A DNA stretch of 64,000 nt from Sphyrna mokarran (lineage: Eukaryota). Under the pieces are notes generated by a model. The model saw nothing but the letters and a program-made list of their open reading frames with translations. It did no database searches and was not told the origin of the DNA. The DNA lies in contig JAGIQG010000005.1 in the NCBI GenBank assembly GCA_024679065.1, forward strand, positions 100,750,001 to 100,814,000, read 5' to 3'. This document shows positions 12,353 through 24,851 of this stretch, in pieces (within the stretch, counting starts at the first letter, position 1; each line of letters begins with the position of its first letter). The position numbers were made by a program, and so were the translations under genes.

Positions 12353-12848
12353 TATGGCTGGCATCAGGAATTCACCTGCACTGAGCCTTTGCTTTGAACT
12401 GCTGTTTGCTAGATGGAAGACTTTGGACTGATTGGCAGTACAGCAAAACAGTTTATCTAGTCTTGCAGCTAGGAGATTATGTCACATCACTCCTACCTGT
12501 ACACTTAGATTTTTGTTAACGGGTTTTAACTCATTTGTCTGTGTTTCTGAAACTAGGAATTTGAAAGAAAAGTTGCAGAGTTATCCTAGCAGGCAACTAG
12601 TCTTCGTTGGTCAGATCTGGCTTAGAAAATGTAGATGGCCTTTGTAAAATATCATTTGAATTGGATTTTTGCAACTCACAGGATTGTCAGCATATCTTCT
12701 GTTATAATAAAGTTCTGGAATAATAAAGTTTCATCTTCTCTAAAACTACCAGAAAGTTCTTGTTCAGAGTTACAGACAGACATAACTTCAATCTTTCAAA
12801 AGCTGTTGCCCAGTTTTTAAACTTTTATAAAGTATACACGGTATAGGT

Positions 12849-13133
12849 CATAGAATACCAACAGTGAACAGGGAGGCCATTGGCTCAGTAAGTTTGCACT
12901 GACCATCGTGTCAGAGCATCATCCCCACTCCTGCTGTATCCCCATAATCACACTAATCTCCTTAATTTACAGATCTTGGCACACCAAAGGGCAATTTAGC
13001 GTGACAAATCCATCAAACATGTACATCTTTGGACTGTGATGAGGGACAATGTGCAAACTTGATAGTCACCAAGGTTGGAATTGAATTCAGGACCCTGACA
13101 CTGTGAGGCAGCAGTGCTAACCACTGTGCCACT
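12849..13133 (-). mobile_element. HE1-like V-SINE, CR1-type tail
   Basis: catagaat..gaggccatt tail; tgtgaggcagcagtgctaaccactgtgcc head. Confidence 0.88.
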
Positions 13134-13794
13134 ATTCCTAATGAGGTCTTAGCTCTGTTATACAGAGAACACAAACTTTTCTGCACATTCTCTTTGGATG
13201 TAATCCTTGACAGTCAGCTCAAATTTAAAATTCACCATTATAGACTAGGGGCAAAAGAAAATTAGTCTGCTCTTTATATATAGGAACATTATAAGTGCAA
13301 TCCTTTTAATTAATTAGCATTGACCAGGGTCATTCCTTTTACACATAGGGGAAATCATACACGCAGAATGCATTCCATCTCCCCATAGCAAAATATATTT
13401 TCTAGTCATTTCCATATTAGCTTTTCAACAGATTAATCTTTTCCCGCTGGATGAATATCATTATTGCCAGTTGAGTAACTTCTCAAGCCAGTTAATGTCT
13501 CAGATGGAATCAGCAGTCCCAGTGTAAAAAATATTACTGACAGTCAGAATTCAAAACTGCATCTTCATTAATAGTTTGTAACAGAGCAGGTGTAGCAACT
13601 TATTTTTGACAAGACCCTTCATATTCCAGTCATTTAAAATAACCCACAAAAGACAATAATAAAACATTTAAATTATGTAAGAGGGGAACTCCTTTGGGAA
13701 TTTAGCTTAGCAAGTCTCAGCATCCTTTCTTCTATTCTCCACCTGTCAAATAAAGCAACTTAAGCTACTTTATATTTTTGAGCATTTCTCATTT

Positions 13795-14755
13795 GAAAGA
13801 ACAAAGAAAAGTACAGCACAGGAACAGGCCCTTTGGCCCTCCAACCCCATAACAATCAAGAGAGCCAAAACAAATCTTCTGCCCTTACTCAGTCCACATC
13901 TCTCTATTCCCTCACTATTCATATAGCCATCCAAATGCCTCTTATATATTGCTAATGTGCCTGCTTTCACGACTTCTTTTGGCAGCACTTTCCACACATG
14001 CACCACACTGTTCATGAAAAATGTCCCTCAAATCTCCCTTAAGCCTTCCCCCCTCACCATGACCATATGCCCCGTTGTAATTGACACTTTCACTCTGGGA
14101 AAAACCTCTGACTCTCCACCCTGTTTATGCCTCTCATAATTCTGTAGACCTCTATCAGATCTCCTATCAGCCTTCATCTTTCTAGTTTATTCAAACTCTC
14201 CTCATAGCCAATACCCTCGAGACCAGACAACATTCTGGTGAACCTCTCTCTCCAAAACTTCCACATCCTTCTGATGGTGTGGTGACCAGAATTGCATGCA
14301 ATATTCCAATTGCAGCTTAACCGAGGTGGTACATATCTGAAACATGATTTCCCAACTCTTGTACTCAGTGCCCTGGCCAGTGAAGACAAGCATGCCATAT
14401 GCCTTCTTAATCACCTTGGCCTCCTCCTTTCCAGTTTTAGGGAACTGTAGACCTGCACACCAGATTCCATTGTATGCTAATATTCCTAAGGGTTCTGCCA
14501 TCTACAATATAATTCACACCTAAACTTTATTCTCTAAAATGCATCACCTCACACTTGCCTAGATTAAACTTCATCAACCATTCCTGTGCCCAAATCTCCA
14601 AACCATCTATATCATGTTGTATTCTCTGACAATTTCGGCACTACCAGCAACTCCACCAATCTTTACGTCATCTGCAAACTTACTAATCAGACCACACATT
14701 TTCCTCCAGGTTATTAATATATACTACAAACACCAAAGGTCACAATACTAATTCC
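13795..14755 (-). mobile_element. CR1/HER1-like LINE, 5'-truncated
   Basis: Tail gaacaaagaaaagtacagcacaggaacaggccc; ORF 14202..14501 QLEYCMQFWSP; FADD motif (tcatctgcaaac) near 14670. Confidence 0.92.
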
Positions 14756-15467
14756 TGATTTATGTTATGAATGATTAGGTAATTGTGTACAAAAAGGAAA
14801 AATAATAATTCCTTCAAATAAACTTCTCTGTAAAATTGGAGTCAAGTTTGTTTTAGTAAACTGGGCAGTAAGTAATATATAGTTCAATTTTACACACAAG
14901 TCCAAATTTTAACCTAATCAGTCTTCAACAAAGCCTAAAGTTAGGCAGAGTACACTTTGGGAAGGCATTAGTCGGGTGGAGTGTACATTGAACATCTGAC
15001 CCAAACTTATTTTCTTCTTTTGAATGGATTATGTTAAAATTAGGTCCAAGCAGCAATATACAAATATCCTTTTAGATATATTACCGCTGCAGTCTGATAA
15101 GAAATAACATTGTGTTGCATTTTTATTTAATAAATGAAAATATATCTAAAGTAGTGAGATTGTTGGGAAAAAAAATCATCTGAACTCAAGGATGGGAGTG
15201 AGTTAGTGATACAAGAGATCCAGTAGGCTGCATTGTTGATTGTGAGCACATGACATGAGCAATGAAACAATGCCAGTAATAATCTCCTAGTCATAATCAT
15301 TTGTAGATTCAGCTCTTCGGCCATACGTTCAATCATTTTACCTTCTTTGCTCTTTTCAGAGTTCCCTACCGAAATTGACCTCCACTTTCGTCAACGTAAC
15401 AACTGCAACAAAACTTCAAAAGTAATTTATTGGCTACAGAGAGTTTTGGGAAATTTTGAAGATGCAA

Positions 15468-16647
15468 TGAGAATATGGACAAAAATATATCATGACCATC
15501 GTTTGAAGTGCTTTCTTAATTGGGAGGTGACACCAGTTGCACAGAAAGTAACTACTGAGTTCCATTTTCTGCATGGACAAGACTAATATTTGATGTTTCT
15601 TACCTTGTTCCACTCAGTAGTAAAAAAAAAAACTCATTGCTGGCAGCACGCAAGGACCACCACTGAAAATGTTCTATATTCTCACCATATGCAACACACT
15701 AAAACATGGATTGTAGGGGTAGACTAATGAGTGGAAGTACAGTATTGATAACCTTGGGAAAAATTATACTCTTAAAAATGATCTGTTTGGCTTTCGGAAT
15801 AATTGGCATGCCTTTAATAAGTGGAATGCACAAAGAAACTTTATTTTACTGTTCATGGAGTATGATTACTCATTGCACAATCAGTCCCAGAGGTCAGAAT
15901 TAGTATTGTTTACTGAACCTAATTTTACTTAATCTCTTTTTTATTACTGTACATCTGTTGTTAGCGATGCAAGTGCGCAATTGTATTGACTTTATTTGCA
16001 ACAGCATATTAGAAAAGCTGAGTACCTTCTGAAGATCAATGGCAAACACATGCAAATGCCATCATCACAGCAAAGCTTCTGATTGTTTGGTGCTTAAGTC
16101 ATAACTTTAATCCTTAGGTGCCCTTTAAACTCCTTGTGGGGAATTTTAACAACATGAGAGGAATTAATTTGGAAAGGCTGGAATTAGGCAAGCTGAGAAA
16201 AGTTTTTAAAACCGTAAGCCTGAACTTCACCCATCTAAAAGCTGCCCATTTCTGGTTTTACCTTCTGTGGGCAACCATTCAACTCCCAGAAGGTAGGTTG
16301 GTAACATAAATATTCTAATGAGGTTTTATCCAAAAGCCAGACAGATCATTCTTAAGAGTATATCTTTTCCCAAGGTTATCGGTACTGTATTTTCACCTAT
16401 TATTCTACACAGTTTAGTGTGTTGCATATGGTTAGAATATAGAACATTTTCACTGGTGATCCTTGCATGCGGCCAGCAGTGAGTTTTTTTTTGTTACTGA
16501 GTGGAACAGGGTAAGAAACATCAAATATTAGTCTTGTCCATGCAGCAAATGGAACTCAGAAGTTATTTTCTGTGTGTAACTGTGTTACCTCCCAATTAGG
16601 AAAACATTTCAAATGATGGTCATGATGTATTTTTGCCCATATTCTCA
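15468..16647. repeat. Long inverted repeat: ~235 bp arms (15468-15703 and 16413-16647), ~710 bp spacer
   Basis: tgagaatatggacaaaaat..gcaacacactaaa is the reverse complement of tttagtgtgttgc..atttttgcccatattctca; about 90% identity by eye. Confidence 0.95.
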
Positions 16648-16939
16648 AATTTTACCTCTTTCCCCAATTTAATCTCTGCTGGGCAGATTTTTCACATCAA
16701 GAAATCCCAAAGAGAAATCGGGGCTGCTGTGTGGAAGAGGTAAGAGTGATTATTACTCTGCTTGTGGACCAAGAGAAGCAGCAATGTGCCCTTCTATCCC
16801 ATAAAAATTTCAGATAAGAGTGAAGGCCTGCAGATGAAAGTGAGATAAATAGTGGCCAAGGTTTTAGAAAGCTGACATACTATTTTATTTCACGTGTAAA
16901 GAACCTGCAAATTCCTGTGTCGATTACCAACAATCCACT

Positions 16940-17183
16940 TTTTCTCCCAGAGAGTCAGGAATGTCCAGAACTCTCTTTCTTCAAAGATTGTGAAAACAGA
17001 GTTGTTGAATATTTTTAAGGCAGAGCTGGATAATTTCTTGGTTAACTAGGGGATGAAAAGATATCAGGATTCAACAGGAATGTGGGGTTGAAGTTACAAT
17101 CAAATCAGTCATGATCTTACTGAATTATGGAACAGGCTTGAGGGGTGGAGGACCTACTCCTGCTCTTAATTTGTATGTTTGTA
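16940..17183 (+). mobile_element. CR1-like LINE 3' end
   Basis: ttctcccagagagtc..gaatatttttaaggcagag..cctactcctgctcttaatttgtatgttt. Confidence 0.8.
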
Positions 17184-17379
17184 CATATTTGAAGTCCAGC
17201 AGGACTCTCTCTGGATGATTTGCAGGAAGGGCGGGCTCCTCCTTCACTTATTCCAATGGAGGTCTCACACCAACATCTGTCCAACGCCTGACACATATGG
17301 CATAGATGGATTCCTCGTCACTTCTCCCATCGATGCTTCACTCTGCCTATGTTGAGAAAATTCTACCCTTTCTCTTAAT

Positions 17380-18070
17380 GGGTCATTAAATATTGTGGTT
17401 CTGTTCCTGTTCTGGTGGGACACGTGTCATTCGTAACTTGGTAGTGCTGATTGAAGTCCCTAACTGCAATGAACAAGGCCTCAGGATGTTTCATCTCAAG
17501 GCTATTTCTGGTGATGTGTATTTCGTCCAGTGCGATCTTCATGTCCACATGGAGTGGGATGTAAACAGTCATCAGGATAACAGAGGTGAATTCAGTAGAG
17601 GCAGCATTTTAGCATCAAGTATTCTAGGTCTGGTGAGCAGAAACTTGCTAGTGTTGCTACATCTGGACACCAACAAGGTGCTGATTCGGAAGCAGATCCC
17701 ATTTCCCTTAGCCTTGCTTGAGGCCACTGTACGGTCCATTCGATGGATTGAGATGCCCTCTGGTTGTAGGGCACAGTCCAGTGAAGCAGGAGTGAATCAC
17801 ATATCCATGAAACAGAGCACACGGAAGTCCCTCAGTTCTCTTTGGAAAATGAGTCTGGCTTTAAGTTCGCCTCGCATGTTTTCCAGAGATTAGACTTTTG
17901 CAAGCAGTAAGTTGGAAGGGGGGACTCTGGGACCATGTTGTTTCGCTCTCATCTGCAGGCCTGCACGTTTTCCACATTTCCTGGAATGACTGCTTCTTTT
18001 TGAACCTGGGAGACGGTGAAAGTCATTTGTGACGTTAAGAGCATAGTTGTATTTAATGAGGTTTTTCGCT
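17380..18070 (-). mobile_element. Rex1/Babar-like LINE 5' part (APE endonuclease remnant)
   Basis: ORFs 17592..17822 (FCSPDLEYLMLKC) and 17375..17572 (TVYIP..HPEALFIAVRDFNQ..TCPTR). Confidence 0.8.
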
Positions 18071-18074
18071 CTGG

Positions 18075-18572
18075 TCTGTCATGTCAGCAACAACTGTCAC
18101 CAACTTTCATAGATGCACCATAAAAAGCATTCTTTCTGGTTGTATCTTGACTCAAGGTTGCAAGAAACTAGAAAAGGTTGTGAATGCAGCCCAGTCCATC
18201 ATGCAAACCAACCTCCTACCCACTGATTCCATCTATACTTCTCACTGCCTCCCCAAAGCAGCCAGCATAATTAAGGACCCTATGTACCTTGGACATTCTT
18301 TTTCCACTTTCTTTTCACAGAAAAAGATACAGAAGTCTGAGGTCACATACCAACTGATGCGAGAACTGCTTCTTCCTTAAAGCCATCAGACTTTTGAATG
18401 GACTACTTGTATTAAATTGATCTTTTTGTACACTCTAACTATGACTGTAATACTATATTCTGCAGTCTCTTGTTTCCTTCTCTATGAATGGTATGCCCTG
18501 TGTGTATAGTGCGCAAGAAACAATACTTTTCATTATATGCTAATACATGTGACAATAATAAATCAGATCTAA
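18075..18572 (+). mobile_element. Rex1/Babar-like LINE 3' end
   Basis: ORF 18081..18380 TNFHRCTIKSILSGCI..KKLEKVVNAAQSI..SIIKDP; tail tacatgtgacaataataaatca. Confidence 0.85.
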
Positions 18573-18574
18573 TC

Positions 18575-18770
18575 AGAAAGGGTTGGCTCACTAAGTATAT
18601 TCAAGGCTGAGTTCAACAAATTTTTGACTGACAAAGGAGTGAGGTATTGTGGAGGTATGGCAGGAAACTGAAATAATGCTGCAACATATCAAACATGATC
18701 TTCTGGAACAGTAGACCAGATTCAAAGGGCCAAATGCCCAACTTCTGCTTCTTTTTTCTTAAGATTTTAT
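18575..18770 (+). mobile_element. CR1-like LINE 3' tail, old
   Basis: tatattcaaggctgag..catgatctt..gggccaaatgcccaacttctgct. Confidence 0.7.
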
Positions 18771-19014
18771 GGGAGTAGTTTTATGGCCCTGTTATGGTGG
18801 GGCACAGATGGAAAATGTGGCAAATGGTTCTAAAGACCATTGCCTTCACTGGGACCTGAAAATCCCACCTGTGGGAGGACCTGCAAAATCTCACTGTGAT
18901 TCTATGATCTTATAAACACATGCATGACAACTAGACAGTAAGACTCCATTTTATCTTTCCTATAAGATATAAAGATAAGAAGAATTGTCAACAAACAATG
19001 CTTAATTTAAAATT

Positions 19015-19334
19015 ATAGAATCATAGAATCCCTACAGTGCAGAAGGAGGCAATTCGGTCCAACAAATCTGCACCGAACATAATCCCACCTGGGCCCTATT
19101 CCCATAAATCCACGTATTTACCCTGCTAATCCCTGTGACACCAGCGTCAACTTAGCATGGCCAATCAACCTAACCTGCAAATCTTCAGACTGTGGAAGGA
19201 AACCAGAGCATCAGGAAGAAACCCAAGCAGAAACAGAGAATGTGCAAACTCCATACAGACAGTGACCCAAAGCAGAAATTGAACCCAGGTCCCTCTGTTA
19301 TGAATAGCAGAGCTAAACATTGTGCCACCATGCC
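19015..19334 (-). mobile_element. HE1-like V-SINE, CR1-type tail
   Basis: atagaatcatagaatccctacagtgcagaaggaggc tail; V domain; tRNA head. Confidence 0.9.
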
Positions 19335-19485
19335 ACTTCCAATTTAAACAAACTCTGTCTAAAAATTCTGTCCATGTCACATTGTTTAATCACAACAATG
19401 GAAATGTCAACATAGAAAAATGAATCAAAGTATTTAGAAGATAAAACTGAATAAATTACCATTCATTTTGAGATAAATTGCTATC

Positions 19486-19797
19486 GTAGAATCATTGAAT
19501 TTAAATCGTATAGAAGGAGGCCAATCCAGCCGTTGGACCTGCACCCTCTCCTGGCTTTTTCCCCCCTCTCCTTTCCCTTATAATCCCAGAGGGTATCCAT
19601 CTAACCTACGTCTCTTGGAACAACAAGGGTCAATTTAGCACTGCCAATCAACCTGACTTGCATATCTTTGGACTGGGGGAGGAAACCCACACAGATATGG
19701 GGAGAATGTGCAGATTCCACACAGATAGTAACCCAAGGTTAAAACCGAACCACGGTTCCTGGTGTTGTAAGACAACAGTGCTAACCACTGTGCCCCC
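19486..19797 (-). mobile_element. HE1-like V-SINE, CR1-type tail
   Basis: ggggagaatgtgcagattccacacaga; cagtgctaaccactgtgcc. Confidence 0.85.
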
Positions 19798-20666
19798 ATT
19801 TTAAACAGCTATAAAATCCACAACCTTATGTCTTCCAGCAGAGAGAAAGCTACTTGAACTTATGTAACTTCTAAGATGGAAGATTCTGATTCAAAATTCA
19901 TCAAATTCATTGAGTTATCCATTAGATTGGCTGGCATAAACAAACAGGTCAAATTTTCTTTCTAATTCTCATCAAGAAACTACTCTGTTATTTTACCAGC
20001 CGAACAGTGAGGGTGAAAGTTATCCCCAATGAGTTTGAAGGTGGATAATTTGATTTGGTTTAGAAGATGACTAATTATTTCTCTCCAAAATAACTGTCTT
20101 TTTTTAAATAAACTCTAGTTGTCTCCGATAATATAGAAAGAACAATCAGTTGAAGAAAAATCAACGACTTAAAGGGGAAAAAAATCAATTAAATGTTTGT
20201 GACTGCACCCCATGTGCTGCACTGTTCAAAATTAAGATCTCAAATTCATTTTCTTCCAACATAATTAGAGACAACAGTCAATTAAATGACTATTAATATT
20301 TTGGAATTTGCATAGGGCTGGTCAAATAGGGAAGATAATGAAATTTACTATTTGCAAAGGAAAAGTGCTTCGGTACATGTCACATCGAATTGAAGTACTT
20401 ACTAGAAAACTGTAAGGAGTGCACCAAGTAGGTCAAGATTGGAATATCACATTTTAGATGCAAAAATTGGCTCATAAATTTACTTGAAAACTAAGATTTT
20501 GAGAAAGAAAAAAATTAATGTTGTTTAAGAATCTCATTAATCTCTCAAAGGATTTATCAACTTTCAGAAACAACACAAATAAATCAGTTACACGATCCTT
20601 TCAGCTAGGTTACGTTTTCACATGGTAGTCATGAAAAATGAATAGAATCCCAGCAATCCCGCCACT

Positions 20667-20841
20667 AGGGTAATTTTGACTTTGGGTGATAACATAAAAT
20701 ATTGAATCAGCCAACTGTTATATGTCACTCGACTTTCATTTTTGTTGACTTCATTGAAATTGAAAATCAGGAGAATTATATAACGGTCGACTGATCCGAG
20801 ATCACCCATTTTATCACACTGGGCAGAGTCAAAATTATCCT
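20667..20841. mobile_element. Palindromic ~175 bp MITE
   Basis: Nested inverted arms agggtaattttgact/agtcaaaattatcct and atcagccaactgttatat/atataacggtcgactgat around the centre ttgacttcattg. Confidence 0.7.
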
Positions 20842-22284
20842 CGAGTGATAGCTTCTCTGGGGTGTGAGAAAACTATATCACAGTTTGATTGCATGACATA
20901 TGTAAACTTCCTGAAAGAAAAGCTACAATTGCAGTCAGTTTTCTGCACTATAAAAGAACATTGTGCATTTGTTCAAAGCAAACAGAAGGTTATAGGAAAT
21001 GCTTGCTGACCACCTGGAGTCTTGCCCTGACTTAACGGGTTATATTCCTTTCATCTTTCAATTTTGTGATCCTTATAAATTCCTTGCATTGTCACAAAGT
21101 CGTACAAGAGTTTATAGAAGTGGCAAGGAATGTAAATTTCAGGATACTTTGCAATCTGGGTGAGACATGTGTGAATTGAGCTACACATGGAGACAGGTTC
21201 AGACAGTTCTGCGAGCAGTTACCTGGTGAGAACAGGATGAATTTTAAGCAATCATTAAATTTACACTCCACCCATTTTATATACCTCATTGGCTTCAAAT
21301 GGAGCCAGAAATCAGATGGGGTTTAAATAAGGCATCCAACTCAAACACACTGGCTTTCAACAAGTATATAAAGACAGAGGGACTAAGTACAGATGGTTGG
21401 GTATTGGTGAGAGGTATAATTGACCTAATTATGATTCTTATTTACATTCTGGGAAAGTGTTACATTGAAGATACTCATGGAAGGCAAGCAGTTTTAAAAA
21501 AGGTGCCCTTTCGGTAGCAATTTAGATTTAAATCTTAAAGTCCCATATTTCAGGCCAGCAACCCAAAAGTATAAACCCTTCCTTCTTATAAAATTAGACA
21601 GGATTTACATTAGTAGTTGAAGAATGAAAAGATAAATAATGTTGCAGAAAGAAACATGATAGATACATTAAAAGAGTCCCTGGAAATAATAGAATATTGG
21701 CTTGCAAAAACTTAAAGGAGATTTCCATTCCACAGACTGCTGTCTTGATGTATTCATAATTACTTTTTGCAATCAGATTCAATGTTACATTGAAATTAAC
21801 ACAATTTTCTGATTTCAATCCACAGTACTCGAATAATTTGAAAATTATCTTGCATTTGTACTTGAGCTGGCTTCTGTCAATTTAAAACTCATTCATTTTA
21901 CAGTGAGTAATTTATATCTTGCTATTGGGGTTCAGTTTAAAGAAATGTATTCGTTTGCTATTTCTAAATTATCTATTGGAGACAAAGTAATTAAATTGGG
22001 CCACATGAATTATATTCAATTGATTTATCCGGTGAGGAGGACTGAAAACTTAAAATCTGCTCTTGAAAGTATGAACAGTGCTTCTTGCAATCTTAACACT
22101 GCACCATAAGATATGGGTTATAAGTTATATCCAAGTAGATTGTCCCATTTAACAATTGCTGTTTCAGCAAAGCAAAAAATGTTAAAAATTCCAAAATTTA
22201 TATTTTAATACTTGTGGTGAAGGAGATTTTTACTTGCAATCTGTGTTCTTCAGTTCTGTCTATCAATTTTCTGTCCTATTTGGA

Positions 22285-22600
22285 CAGTTGGGGTTAGCAG
22301 ACACCTCTCACCTCCAGGGAACTGGATTCAATTCTAACCCCAGGTCACTATCTATGTGGATTTTTGCCCTTTCTCCTTGTGTCTGCGTGGGTTTCCTCTG
22401 GGTGCTCCGGTTTCCTCCCATAGTTCAAAGATGTGGGGGTTAGGCTGACTGGCCATGCTAAATTAATCCTTAGTATCAGGGGGATTAGCAAGGTAAATAT
22501 TTGTGGGTAATGGAGATAGGGCCTGGGTGGAATTGCTGTTGGTGCAGACTCAATGAGCTGAATGGACTCCTTCTATACTGCAGGGATTTTATGATTCTAT
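22285..22600 (+). mobile_element. HE1-like V-SINE, CR1-type tail
   Basis: gtgtctgcgtgggtttcctctgggtgctccggtttcctccca V domain; tail gattttatgattctat. Confidence 0.9.
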
Positions 22601-23405
22601 TTTCAGTTTCCTTCCAATGTTTTAGATTTTTAGTCCACTTCTTTACTCCTGCTCCTTTTTTGGATCTTTAGCACTTTCCCTAACATTTCATCACAGTACT
22701 TTGACTTGGCTGTCTATGTTTCTTGTAGAAGAACAGAACAGTTACAGTACAGAAGGAGGCTATTCTTGCTCTTCCTGGTCTCTGAAACAGCAGTTCTCAA
22801 GGCAACTTGCATAGGTTTTGGGTTTCACTACTTCATTGGCTTTGGTCAGTTTGCTTCACTGTGGTCTTCATCTGAATCTTGGATGTTTTATAGTCTGCTT
22901 TTCTGCACAGTCAGTGATCCTCTCTCAAAATAGTTGCATATCTGAACCCCCATATTTATTTTAGCAACAATGGAAGATATTCCAATCACTAAAACCCACA
23001 GCAAAATCTGCTCTGGTGTTCGAAAAGTAGCTATGCCAGTTTGCACAGCAGTTGCTGAGGTGCTTTAGTCTGCAGCTGGATCCTTCCAGTCCAACCTACT
23101 AAAGATTATCAACTTCAATACCTAAAGAGCCTTTATTAAAGCACAACAGCCTTCCACCTTCAATGCTGAAGAGGCTGGAAGAACACTTCATAGGAACACT
23201 TCCCATCAGGATTATTAGTATGTCGGCAATAAAAATAAATGCATTTTCAAAATTGTTGCATGCAAAGTGTACCTACAACAATCTGTGTAGGCATGCAATG
23301 TCAGCGGGCATGAATTGGTGGTCAGATCAAAAGAAAATGATTGAGAAACTGCAAGAGCATTTGTGTTAGAGTTTAAGAAGAAGGGCATGAGGAAACAAGG
23401 CCTTT

Positions 23406-23748
23406 TAGAATCATAGAATCCTTACAATTCAGGAGACCATTTGGCCTATTGAATCTGGACTGACTCTCCAAATCAGCATCCCACCCAGGCCCACCCTGCA
23501 CTTTCCCCTGTAACCCCACGTATTTACCATAGCTAATCCCCCAAACCTACACATTTTAGGACACTAAGGGGTAATTTAGCATGGCCAATCTCCCTAAGTT
23601 GCACCGCTTTGGATTGTGGGATGAAACCAAAGCACACGGAGGAAACTAACACAGATACAGGGCAAACAGGCAAGCACCACACACAGTCACCAAAGCCAGA
23701 ATTGAACCCAAGTCTTTGGCGCAGTGAGGCAGCGGTGCTAACCACTGT
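23406..23748 (-). mobile_element. HE1-like V-SINE, CR1-type tail
   Basis: tagaatcatagaatcc tail; gtgaggcagcggtgctaaccactgtg head. Confidence 0.9.
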
Positions 23749-24694
23749 GATGGTCTTTTCCAAAGGTATTTTTTTAATAATATATTTTTTGCAGCTGTTG
23801 TAATTGCATGGCAGTTAGTGAAAAGCCAAAGTGGGGCAAAACTGAGACTGGCCACTGAGTCAAATTTTATCCTATCAACTTAACACTGAATTATGCTGTG
23901 GACCTTTCAGTGCAATCTGAAACTAGATTCCAATAAAGCAAATGTATAATGCACTTGAATACAAGAGCTTGATGTTTCCATTGCTTTCAATACAAAAAAT
24001 GAATATTTCTCTTTTTCAGCTGAAACTTTGGCAATATAATTACTGTAAAACTCAATTAAATAAATCTAAATAAGAATTTTTATGAATGGTCGCTACGTTT
24101 ATAATTCGACAGAAGGACATAGTTATACAAATATTGTAGTTTGGAATCTGAAAGTGCCATTTGAGCACAACTCTATCTTCAGTGTGAAGCGATTTCTGTT
24201 CACAGCAAGCCCCACAGTAACAATGTGAATTGAGTTCAAGTCCAAGGTGAGGTCAGACTCTAACTTTGGATTTAGACGACAGAAGTTCAGCATCAGTGTA
24301 AAGTATAAAACTACTATGTATTTGTTACTTATAACAGAATTCCTGCTTTAAGTGTGTCACGTTGCCTGGGCCTGATTGAGCTGAGTGGAATGTATGTCTG
24401 TAAGCTTTACTCTGTCTTTTGAAATGAGTGGATAGAAAATTGGATGTGTTTCTTTCACTCCTTAATTCTCTGCTGTGCTCAATCCTAGAAAATGTAATAC
24501 TTCCAGGAATGGAAATGGAAAAATTTGCACAACTGTATAAATAGAGTCTGAGCTAATATTAAGTGGTAAAACAATGGTTTAGGTGTTTTGTGTCCAATAA
24601 CTATTTTAATACTGAATCAATCTAAGCACTCTAAAAATAAAGAAATTGGCAAAAATATTAGGGGTAATATTAACATTCAAAAACAGGTGAGTTT

Positions 24695-24851
24695 AAAGTT
24701 TAAAGTTAATTTAATAGTGTCACAAGCAGGCTTCCATTAACACTGCAATGAAATTACTGTGAAAATTTCTGAGTCACTATACTCTGATGCCTGTTCGGGT
24801 ACACTGAAGAAGTAGCTAGCATGGCGAATGCACCTAACCAGCACGTCTTTC
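24695..24851 (-). mobile_element. 5'-truncated V-SINE, tail type B, with 8-bp TSD
   Basis: TSD gtgagttt at 24687-24694 and 24852-24859. Confidence 0.85.

Noticed and set aside
15290-15425. CpG-containing block with acceptor ctcttttcag and minus-strand peptide KEGKMIERMAEELNLQ
   Set aside because: No consistent exon; the peptide loosely resembles a decayed LINE endonuclease segment and is too weak to call
16687-16739. Exon-like unit ending GAG/gtaaga
   Set aside because: Sits in a MITE-like repeat beginning gggcagattttt; such repeats commonly contain donor-like motifs
21890-21910. ttcattttacagtgagt as a recursive splice site
   Set aside because: AG and GT share the same G; not the required AG/GT arrangement
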